NCBI GenBank assembly: GCA_903911135.1
Contig: CAIWCG010000072.1
Location: forward strand, 1 to 48,898
Length of the DNA: 48,898 bases
From: an uncultured Bacteroidota bacterium
Lineage (GTDB): Bacteria > Bacteroidota > Bacteroidia > AKYH767-A > JABDAW01
Direction of reading: 5' to 3'
Of this stretch, positions 17,506 to 25,345 are shown piece after piece. The notes beneath the pieces are model-generated. The model saw nothing but the letters and a program-made list of their open reading frames with translations, ran no database searches and was not told where the DNA came from. The first letter of the stretch is position 1. Every line of letters starts with the position of its first letter. The position numbers and the translations under genes were made by a program.

Positions 17506-18922
17506 ATCCGTTAATCAGTTCTTTATATAGCATGTTTGCCACCTTTGCTGCGCCTCTATAATTGAGGTGTGTATAATCCTTGTTTGCCAATGCAGTATCT
17601 GCTGTAGCCCATGCTACCATTGAGTTGTGTCCTCCCATCGCTTCATAAAGATTCCAAAAGGATACATGGGCAGAATCAGCTAATCGCTTCTGTGTTTCAA
17701 CTAAAACAGGAACACCTATATCCGTTTCCATTTCGCCATTCACTTTGGTGCTTTTATCATTGACACTTACCATCAGGATGCTCGATTTCGGGAAGCATTG
17801 TGTGAATTGTTTCATCACCGTTTTCATTCCTCGCTCATACCATGAAAAATCCTTCTGATTCTTTGCAATTACATTCAAACCATAATGAACTATTATCAAA
17901 TCATATTCGAAAGTGGCGGCAAAATCCCTCATTAATTTATAGGGAACTACACTGAATGCTAGCCCAGAATTGCCTCTGAAAGAATAATTGTCGAGAAGCA
18001 CTCCATCAGCACTTTCAAAACTCAAACCATATACATTTATCTTCTCGCCGGCAAAGAAATTCACCTCGCATTTGCCTGCCGGAAGCTCCGTATTTAAAGC
18101 TGTTCGGTTCAAATCTTCAGCTCCATCCAGCGGTTTGTAAAGATTATCCTCGATACCCCAAGTATAATTTATGAAACTTCGAGGATTTCCTTTGCCATAA
18201 TACAAATAGGCCTCATCGAATTGCTTGGCATTGAAACAAGTTGGACAAGCATTATATTTTACCCAACTATGATTGAAGGAATGATGGGAAGAATCGGCGG
18301 CATTTATCCGGGAATCGATGAGAGGATTAAAAACATAGCCGGCAATGCCAATCATCCGGTCAGGTTTATTATTTTCTGTAAAGGAACTTGCAGCCCAATC
18401 GGTGGAAAATGTCTGAATTATCGTTTGCCGGAAACCTGCTACGGGAGAAGTTATCGGTACAAAACCGACTCCTTTTCCTCCAAATCGCGATTGCAGAAGT
18501 TCTCTCAATTCTCTTGTCAACAAATCGCCTTCTATCATCGAATCGCCGAAATAAGCTATCCGTGTTTTGTGTTTTCCTTTCTTTGTTTGCTGCAAGGATT
18601 TAAAAAATACGGTCATTCCTCCAGCCGAATCGGGGGCAAATTCAATTGTTCCTTGAGTAGATGGTAGTTTTTTCTTGAGTTTTGCCTTTGCCAATGAATC
18701 GACCATGACTGATTTCATGGAACCTGCGAATGAAACCGTGGAATCTACCCCATTTTTACCATCTTTTTGAGTATTTTTGGTGATATTTGAGAAAAGATTG
18801 ACCTTTTTTAAAGTAAATCCGCCAATAGTTACATCAAAATCAAGAAAAGCCCAAACATTCAGAATAACTATTGTAGCCGCAAGTATCCAAAGTGCTTGAG
18901 TTTGGCGATTATCTTTATTCAT
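17477..18922 (-). CDS. SGNH/GDSL-like protein, N-terminally membrane anchored
   Basis: 481 aa with an N-terminal TM. IAYFGDSMIEGD (block I) and DYTHLNYRGA (block V-like). Overlaps the downstream gene by 29 nt. Confidence 0.7.
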   Translation of the reverse strand: MNKDNRQTQALWILAATIVILNVWAFLDFDVTIGGFTLKKVNLFSNITKNTQKDGKNGVDSTVSFAGSMKSVMVDSLAKAKLKKKLPSTQGTIEFAPDSAGGMTVFFKSLQQTKKGKHKTRIAYFGDSMIEGDLLTRELRELLQSRFGGKGVGFVPITSPVAGFRQTIIQTFSTDWAASSFTENNKPDRMIGIAGYVFNPLIDSRINAADSSHHSFNHSWVKYNACPTCFNAKQFDEAYLYYGKGNPRSFINYTWGIEDNLYKPLDGAEDLNRTALNTELPAGKCEVNFFAGEKINVYGLSFESADGVLLDNYSFRGNSGLAFSVVPYKLMRDFAATFEYDLIIVHYGLNVIAKNQKDFSWYERGMKTVMKQFTQCFPKSSILMVSVNDKSTKVNGEMETDIGVPVLVETQKRLADSAHVSFWNLYEAMGGHNSMVAWATADTALANKDYTHLNYRGAAKVANMLYKELINGYDDYEKKHK

Positions 18923-19284
18923 TGCGGCGCAAATTAAGTATTATTTAAGGTAATCGTTTTGTTTTTATCAATAAATTGTAAAAGATGATACAAGACCCAT
19001 TGCAAGCAGAATCATTAACAAATCTGATGCCCAAAATTCTTCCGATTCTTATCGATGAGATCCAGCAGATGGGCAATATGATGAAGCTTTTCAGCCATTA
19101 CCTGCAATTGATTTCATAAAAGATATGACTAAAAATCATGGTTTTATTAATTATCATCCTCAAGATGCAGCATACCGATAAAAAGTCATCGATGATAAAT
19201 GATTAGCAATCATAAATTATTGATGACCATATAATAACAGTATAACAGATGGCGGTGAATGGGTAAGACATGCAGCTCTTTCTG

Positions 19285-19830
19285 GAAAAGCGATTCCTTT
19301 TTCCGAAAAAGCGATTCCTTTTCTCTGTTTTGCGATTGCTTTTTCTAGATAAGCTGCAGGTAAAACGGTTTTAGCTGCACCTTTTCCAACAAAAGCGATT
19401 GCTTTTCTTGAATTTGCGATTGCTTTTTCTCCATAACCTGCACCTAAAATCGATTTACCTACATGAAATCGAAAAAAAGGAATCGCTTTTTCGGAAAAAG
19501 GAATCGCTTTTTGATAATAAGGTGTAAGCTATGCTTGAAAAGGTTCAGGTTTTAATTGAAATGATGTAGGTGATGAAGAATAAGATGCATCTTTTGTTAG
19601 AAAAGGTTAAGCTAATGATAAAAAAGGTGTAACATCTGGCATTTTAGGTTAAGCTTTTGGCTAAAGAGATGCAGGTGATGACGAATCTGATGCAGGTTTT
19701 GATTGAAAAGTTTAAGCTATTTATAAAAAAAGTGCACCTCCTGGCTTTTTAGCTTATGCTTTTGATAAAACAGATGCAGGTAACGACGAATCAGCTTCAG
19801 GTTTTGATTGAAAATCTTAATCATCATGCA
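19285..19830. repeat. TR-5: degenerate tandem array, 26 units of 21 bp with a 105-bp (5x21) higher-order repeat
   Basis: The register holds from 19285 to 19830 (units start GAAAAG/AAAAAG/TTTTAG/AATMWG). 19600-19704 against 19705-19809 is about 81 percent identical by hand count. No ORF of 60 aa or more in 18923-19956. Confidence 0.85.
19286..19511. repeat. Perfect 37-bp inverted repeat pair inside TR-5 (arms 19286-19322 and 19475-19511)
   Basis: AAAAGCGATTCCTTTTTCCGAAAAAGCGATTCCTTTT and its exact reverse complement, separated by 152 bp. Confidence 0.9.
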
Positions 19831-19924
19831 ATAATTGCATCGCATTTCTGCGAGCTATCATGGCATAATGATTATCATTGCCAGCATTATCGGCAGTTTT
19901 TAAATTAAAGATGTGGTAATTTGC

Positions 19925-19932
19925 TATATTTG
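19925..19932 (+). promoter_or_regulatory. -7 promoter box (TATATTTG) for ettA
   Basis: Exact TAnnTTTG followed by CAGCCC, 25 nt upstream of the ATG at 19957. Confidence 0.5.
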
Positions 19933-19956
19933 CAGCCCTAAAAATAAATATTAAAC

Positions 19957-21633
19957 ATGGCAGACGACAAAAAAGTGATTTTTTCGATGGTTAACGTCAG
20001 CAAGACGTTTCCGCCGCAAAAACAGGTATTAAAGGACATCTATCTTTCGTTTTATTATGGCGCAAAGATTGGCATCATCGGATTGAACGGATCGGGTAAG
20101 TCCACCTTGATGAAGATTATCGCCGGAGTGGAGAAATCCTTCAACGGAGAGGTGGTTTATTCGCCCGGATACAAGGTGGGTTATCTGGAGCAGGAACCGA
20201 AATTGGACGACACGAAAACGGTGAAGGAAATAGTGCAGGAGGGCGTGCAGGAAGTGGTGGACATCTTGAAGGAATATGAAGAGATAAACAACAAGTTTGC
20301 CGAGCCGATGAGCGATGAGGCCATGGAAAAACTGCTGGACCGACAGGCAAAGGTGTCGGACATGATAGAACATCACAATGCCTGGGAACTGGACAACAAA
20401 TTGGAACGTGCCATGGATGCATTGCGCTGCCCGGAAGGCGATACACCTATCGTAAACCTATCGGGAGGCGAACGAAGACGAGTTGCCCTGTGTAGATTGT
20501 TGCTTCAGGAACCGGAGATATTGCTTTTGGATGAGCCCACCAACCATTTGGATGCGGAGTCGATAGATTGGCTGGAGCAGCACTTGAATCAGTATAAGGG
20601 AACCGTTATTGCCATCACCCACGATAGGTATTTCCTTGATAATGTGGCCGGCTGGATATTGGAATTGGACCGAGGTGAAGGCATTCCTTGGAAAGGGAAC
20701 TACTCCTCTTGGCTGGAGCAAAAGGCCAAACGTTTGGAGATGGAATCGAAGGGCGAAAGCAAACGCCAAAAGACCTTGGAGCGAGAGCTGGAATGGGTAA
20801 GGATGTCGCCAAAGGGCCGTCACGCCAAGTCGAAAGCACGTCTGCAGGCCTACGACAAGATGATGAACGAGGATGTGAAGACGAAGGAAGAGAAGTTGGA
20901 AATATTCATACCGAATGGTCCACGTTTGGGTAACGAAGTCATCGAGGCCATCAATGTTTCAAAGAGTTTTGGCGACAAATTGCTTTATGAGAATCTGAAT
21001 TTCAAGCTGCCACCTGCAGGTATCGTAGGTATCATTGGACCAAATGGAGCTGGAAAGACCACCTTGTTCAGGATGATCATCGGTTCAGAAACACCGGATA
21101 CGGGTGATATCAAGATTGGCACCACAGTTCGGGTGGGATATGTAGATCAAAGCCATTCGGAAATAGATCCTGACAAAAGTGTTTGGGAAGTCATTTCGGG
21201 TGGTCATGAGGTGATAGAAATGGGTGGCAAATCCTTGAATTCTCGTGCTTATGTTGCCCGTTTCAATTTCAGTGGGGCGGAACAAGGCAAGAAATGCGGT
21301 GTTTTGTCGGGTGGTGAACGAAACCGCCTTCATCTTGCAATGACCTTGAAGACAGAAGCGAATGTGTTGCTTCTGGATGAGCCGTCCAACGATATCGATG
21401 TCAATACATTACGAGCTTTGGAAGAGGCGCTGGAAGACTTTGCCGGTTGTGCCGTCATCATTTCCCACGACCGTTGGTTCCTTGATAGGGTTTGTACCCA
21501 CATTCTTGCTTTCGAAGGTGACTCACAGGTATATTACTTCGAAGGAGGATATTCTGAATATGAAGAGAACAAGAAGAAACGAATGGGCGACACAGGACCT
21601 CATAGAATCAGGTATCGCAAGCTTGTAATTTAA
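19957..21633 (+). CDS. ettA: Energy-dependent translational throttle protein EttA (ABC-F ATPase)
   Basis: 558 aa, collinear with EttA throughout (e.g. ITHDRYFLDNVAGWILELDRGEGIPWKGNYSSWLEQK). Two ABC cassettes. Confidence 0.9.
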   Translation: MADDKKVIFSMVNVSKTFPPQKQVLKDIYLSFYYGAKIGIIGLNGSGKSTLMKIIAGVEKSFNGEVVYSPGYKVGYLEQEPKLDDTKTVKEIVQEGVQEVVDILKEYEEINNKFAEPMSDEAMEKLLDRQAKVSDMIEHHNAWELDNKLERAMDALRCPEGDTPIVNLSGGERRRVALCRLLLQEPEILLLDEPTNHLDAESIDWLEQHLNQYKGTVIAITHDRYFLDNVAGWILELDRGEGIPWKGNYSSWLEQKAKRLEMESKGESKRQKTLERELEWVRMSPKGRHAKSKARLQAYDKMMNEDVKTKEEKLEIFIPNGPRLGNEVIEAINVSKSFGDKLLYENLNFKLPPAGIVGIIGPNGAGKTTLFRMIIGSETPDTGDIKIGTTVRVGYVDQSHSEIDPDKSVWEVISGGHEVIEMGGKSLNSRAYVARFNFSGAEQGKKCGVLSGGERNRLHLAMTLKTEANVLLLDEPSNDIDVNTLRALEEALEDFAGCAVIISHDRWFLDRVCTHILAFEGDSQVYYFEGGYSEYEENKKKRMGDTGPHRIRYRKLVI

Positions 21634-21791
21634 TATTTTAAGGCTTAATGAGGAGGGTAAATATCATCCTTTTATTGTTGCTCCAGAAGGGGTCGCAATC
21701 ATAAAAGGATTATCAAACCTGAATGGAGATTTGAATTCGTTAATTATATGTCTCCTTATATAAAGATTTAGTTTTAAACTTGCCATTTACC

Positions 21792-21955
21792 CAAACGTTA
21801 CCGTTTGAGTTCGAAACGTTACCGTTTGAGATCGAAACGTTACCGTTTGAGGTCGAAACGTTACCGTTTGAGGTTGAAACGTTACCGTTTGAGGTCGAAA
21901 CGTTACCGTTTGAGGTTGAAACGTTACCGTTTGAGGTCGCAACGGTGACGTTTGG
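21792..21955. repeat. TR-6: tandem array, about 7.8 units of 21 bp (GAAACGTTACCGTTTGAGGTY)
   Basis: Units at 21792, 21813 ... 21918. Core AAACG-TTAC-CGTTT inverted repeat in each. Confidence 0.95.
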
Positions 21956-21993
21956 CAAAAGCCTTAATTAACCCTTATTTCAAAGAATATTTC

Positions 21994-22044
21994 GTTCATC
22001 GTCGTGTGACTACGACCTTTTGGAAGTAGCAACACGACGATGAA
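21994..22044. other. Long hairpin (13-bp perfect stem)
   Basis: TTCATCGTCGTGT (21994-22006) pairs with ACACGACGATGAA (22032-22044). Inner CTAC/GTAG pairs. No T-run follows. Confidence 0.7.
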
Positions 22045-22064
22045 TAAACCAATTACGAATTAAA

Positions 22065-22110
22065 AATTAGAAATTAGGAATGCGCACATCGTAATTCCTA
22101 ATTCCTAATT
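22065..22110. other. Long AT-rich hairpin (16 of 17 bp) abutting the hisS promoter
   Basis: AATTAGAAATTAGGAAT (22065-22081) pairs with ATTCCTAATTCCTAATT (22094-22110). The 11-mer AATTCCTAATT also occurs at 48806-48816. Confidence 0.7.
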
Positions 22111-22116
22111 GGTTTC

Positions 22117-22124
22117 TATCTTTG
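22117..22124 (+). promoter_or_regulatory. -7 promoter box (TATCTTTG) for hisS
   Basis: Exact TAnnTTTG followed by CCGCC, 21 nt upstream of the ATG at 22145. Confidence 0.5.
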
Positions 22125-22144
22125 CCGCCTTATAAAATGATATT

Positions 22145-23524
22145 ATGAAACCGAGCATACCCAAGGGAACCCGCGATTTTTCTCCGGTTGAAATGTACCG
22201 AAGAAATTACATTTTTGATACCATCAAGAAGGTTTTCAAGAAGTACGGATATCAGCAAATTGAAACTCCTGCCATGGAGAATCTGGAAACGCTTACCGGA
22301 AAATATGGCGATGAAGGGGATAAATTGCTGTTTAAGATTCTGAATTCGGGTCCAGTTGTTGACCAAATCAACAATTCGGATGCTAATATTAAACTGAATG
22401 AAATCTCTGAAAAGGGATTGCGCTACGACTTGACCGTTCCTTTTGCCCGCTATGTGGTGATGCATCAAAACGAGATTAATTTTCCATTCAAACGGTATCA
22501 GATTCAACCTGTTTGGCGAGCCGACAGACCCCAAAAGGGTCGTTACCGCGAGTTCTATCAATGCGATGTAGATGTTATCGGTTCTGATTCCTTAATGAAT
22601 GAAGTGGAGCTGATACAGATTATTGACGAGGTGTTTACAAAGCTTGGGATGGAGGTAACCATTAAGATTAATAATAGGAAGCTGTTATCCGGAATATGCG
22701 AGGTTATCGGTGAGTCTGATAAATTTATTGACATCACTGTTGCAATTGACAAGTACGATAAAATAGGTTTTGATGGAGTGAAGAAAGAGTTGATGGAAAA
22801 AGGCTTAACCGATGCTTCAATCAATAAACTGGAGCCATTATTAAAGACTTCCAGATTGGATTCAATAATTATCGAAAGCTTATCAGAACTTCTTAAGAAT
22901 TCGACTATTGGAATGAAAGGCATTGAAGAAATAAGTACAATTCTTGCTTATTTATCCTCCATTAATTTCAATTTTGACAAGATTGTTTTGGATGGAACTT
23001 TAGCAAGAGGTCTTAATTATTATACAGGAGCCATCATCGAGGTAAAAGCGAACAATGTCTCTATGGGAAGTATCTGTGGTGGCGGAAGATATGATGATTT
23101 GACGGGTATTTTTGGATTGCCAAATGTATCGGGTGTAGGCATTTCATTTGGTGCCGACAGGATTTATGATGTAATGAATGAACTGAATCTCTTTCCTGAT
23201 TTCAACAATGATTCAACCCAAGTTCTATTTTATAATTATTTCACAAAAGATCAAAGCGTTTATTTAGGCTTGATAAATAAGGTAAGGGCAGTAGGAATCA
23301 ATGCGGAATTGTATCCCGAACCTGCCGATAAGGGAAATTCAAACAAACTTCAGAAGAAGCAGTTTGAATACGCAAAATCAAAAAACATTCCATTTACAAT
23401 AGCGATTGAAGAAATCAACAATTGGAAACCTGCAGTAAAAAGTGCTGCAAATAAAACTACCAAGATTTTGGAAACTGAAAGCTTCGTTGAAGACCTTATA
23501 TTGTTCATTGATTCAAATATATAA
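22145..23524 (+). CDS. hisS: Histidine--tRNA ligase
   Basis: 459 aa. N-terminus [17 protein letters not shown] and class II motifs ([22 protein letters not shown]). Confidence 0.95.
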   Translation: MKPSIPKGTRDFSPVEMYRRNYIFDTIKKVFKKYGYQQIETPAMENLETLTGKYGDEGDKLLFKILNSGPVVDQINNSDANIKLNEISEKGLRYDLTVPFARYVVMHQNEINFPFKRYQIQPVWRADRPQKGRYREFYQCDVDVIGSDSLMNEVELIQIIDEVFTKLGMEVTIKINNRKLLSGICEVIGESDKFIDITVAIDKYDKIGFDGVKKELMEKGLTDASINKLEPLLKTSRLDSIIIESLSELLKNSTIGMKGIEEISTILAYLSSINFNFDKIVLDGTLARGLNYYTGAIIEVKANNVSMGSICGGGRYDDLTGIFGLPNVSGVGISFGADRIYDVMNELNLFPDFNNDSTQVLFYNYFTKDQSVYLGLINKVRAVGINAELYPEPADKGNSNKLQKKQFEYAKSKNIPFTIAIEEINNWKPAVKSAANKTTKILETESFVEDLILFIDSNI

Positions 23525-23527
23525 AAC

Positions 23528-25024
23528 ATGAAGACTCATATTATTTCCTCTGAAAAGATAGATTTATCATTGATTAAGGATTTGCTTGATGCACCTTATG
23601 AATTGCAACTTTCTGAAGATTCTATAAACAGGATTGTTAAATGCCGGGATTATCTGGATAAAAGGATTGCTTCCGGCAATGAATCCATTTATGGAGTAAA
23701 TACAGGCTTTGGCTCGCTATACAACAAGAGCATTTCTTTGGAAGATCTCGATACCTTGCAAGATAATCTGGTGATGTCTCATGCTTGTGGAACAGGTGAT
23801 GAAGTGCCAAAGGATATTGTAAAACTGATGTTGTTCCTCAAGATACAAGGTTTGTCTTATGGTAATTCCGGCATTCAATTGGCGGTGGTAGAGCGCTTGA
23901 TATATTTCTTTAATAACGATATTCTCCCTGTTGTTTACCAACAAGGTTCACTTGGTGCATCAGGCGATTTGGCTCCGTTGGCGCATCTTTCATTGCCATT
24001 GATAGGTATGGGAGAAGTTTATCATAAGGGAGTAAAAAAACAAACGAATGAGGTACTTAAAGTCTTGAATTTAAATCCAATAAAGCTTAAGGCAAAAGAT
24101 GGATTGGCACTCTTGAACGGCACCCAGTTCATGGCTGCTTATGGCTGTTTTTGCTTGATTAATTCCAACAGGTTGTTCGATTTTTCTACCCTTATTGCTG
24201 CCATGTCCATCGATGCTTTCGATGGAAGAATAGAACCTTTTCATGCGAATATTCAAAACATCAGGCCGCATACGGGCCAAAAGATTACTGCAGAATATAT
24301 CTGTGAAATCTTAGAGGATAGTGAAATCATCAAACAGCAAAAAGCCCATGTTCAGGACCCCTACTCTTTCCGTTGCATTCCACAAGTTCATGGTGCCTCG
24401 ATTGATGCTATAGAATATGTGGCATCGGTGTTTCTTACCGAAATAAACTCTGTTACAGATAACCCCACTATCTTTCCTGATGACGATTTGGTTATCTCTG
24501 CTGGCAATTTCCATGGTCAACCTTTGGCTTTGGCTTTGGATTTTCTTGCTATTGCACTATCAGAATTAGGTAATATATCTGAAAGAAGAACCTACCAGCT
24601 TATTTCTGGTCAGCGTGGATTACCGCCTTTCTTGGTTGCTAATCCCGGATTGAACAGTGGATTGATGATTCCTCAATACACAGCCGCTTCCATCGTTAGC
24701 CAAAACAAGCAACTTTGCAGTCCAGCATCTGTTGATAGCATTGTATCTTCGAATGGTCAAGAAGACCATGTGAGCATGGGTGCCAATGCCGCCACCAAGG
24801 CTTTCAAAGTTGTGGAGAACTTGGAAAAGATTCTTGCCATCGAACTATTAACAGCTGCCCAAGCATTGGAATTCAGGAGGCCACTAAGGTCATCCAGCAT
24901 AATAGAATCCATGATTGAAAACTATCGAAAAACGGTTCCATTCATCAGTCAGGATAGGGTTTTATATGATGATATCAGGAAAAGCATTGAATTTATTAAA
25001 AATATTAATGGCATCATAGAGTAA
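23528..25024 (+). CDS. hutH: Histidine ammonia-lyase
   Basis: 498 aa. MIO-forming GASGDLAPLAHL motif and conserved NGTQ, QEDHVSMG. Confidence 0.95.
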   Translation: MKTHIISSEKIDLSLIKDLLDAPYELQLSEDSINRIVKCRDYLDKRIASGNESIYGVNTGFGSLYNKSISLEDLDTLQDNLVMSHACGTGDEVPKDIVKLMLFLKIQGLSYGNSGIQLAVVERLIYFFNNDILPVVYQQGSLGASGDLAPLAHLSLPLIGMGEVYHKGVKKQTNEVLKVLNLNPIKLKAKDGLALLNGTQFMAAYGCFCLINSNRLFDFSTLIAAMSIDAFDGRIEPFHANIQNIRPHTGQKITAEYICEILEDSEIIKQQKAHVQDPYSFRCIPQVHGASIDAIEYVASVFLTEINSVTDNPTIFPDDDLVISAGNFHGQPLALALDFLAIALSELGNISERRTYQLISGQRGLPPFLVANPGLNSGLMIPQYTAASIVSQNKQLCSPASVDSIVSSNGQEDHVSMGANAATKAFKVVENLEKILAIELLTAAQALEFRRPLRSSSIIESMIENYRKTVPFISQDRVLYDDIRKSIEFIKNINGIIE

Positions 25025-25042
25025 ATATAAAATCATTTATTT

Positions 25043-25050
25043 TATATTTG
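25043..25050 (+). promoter_or_regulatory. -7 promoter box (TATATTTG) for tRNA-Met
   Basis: Exact TAnnTTTG followed by CACCCC, 42 nt upstream of the tRNA 5' end. Confidence 0.45.
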
Positions 25051-25091
25051 CACCCCGATTCGCAAAAAGCGGTCGCAGTTCTTAATAGCAT

Positions 25092-25165
25092 GGCGAGGTA
25101 GCTCAGATGGTTAGAGCGCAGGATTCATAACCCTGAGGTCAGGGGTTCAACTCCCCTCCTCGCTA
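25092..25165 (+). tRNA. tRNA with CAU anticodon (elongator Met; the lysidine Ile2 alternative is not excluded)
   Basis: Cloverleaf folded by hand: acceptor GGCGAGG/CCTCGCT (G1-U72), D arm GCTC..GAGC, anticodon loop TTCATAA, T arm AGGGG-TTCAACT-CCCCT. CCA is not encoded. Confidence 0.9.
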
Positions 25166-25173
25166 CAAAAGAC

Positions 25174-25211
25174 AGCCCTTTGAAAATAAAAATTCAAAGG
25201 GCTTTTCATTT
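25174..25211 (+). terminator. Rho-independent terminator after the tRNA
   Basis: 11-bp stem AGCCCTTTGAA / TTCAAAGGGCT with an 8-nt loop, followed by TTTCATTT. Confidence 0.75.
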
Positions 25212-25283
25212 ATATACCACTTCGACAGTAAATAATTAGCTATTAAAATATACTGGAAGTATTATATTCTCCTCTTGAAATAC

Positions 25284-25291
25284 TACTTTTG
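25284..25291 (+). promoter_or_regulatory. -7 promoter box (TACTTTTG) for the Nramp-USP gene
   Basis: Exact TAnnTTTG. It overlaps the ORF-track TTG start at 25289, which argues for the ATG at 25346. Confidence 0.45.
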
Positions 25292-25345
25292 CATGGATTT
25301 TCGTTACCAATAATAATAACCATCCAACAAAATAAACAAAAATCC

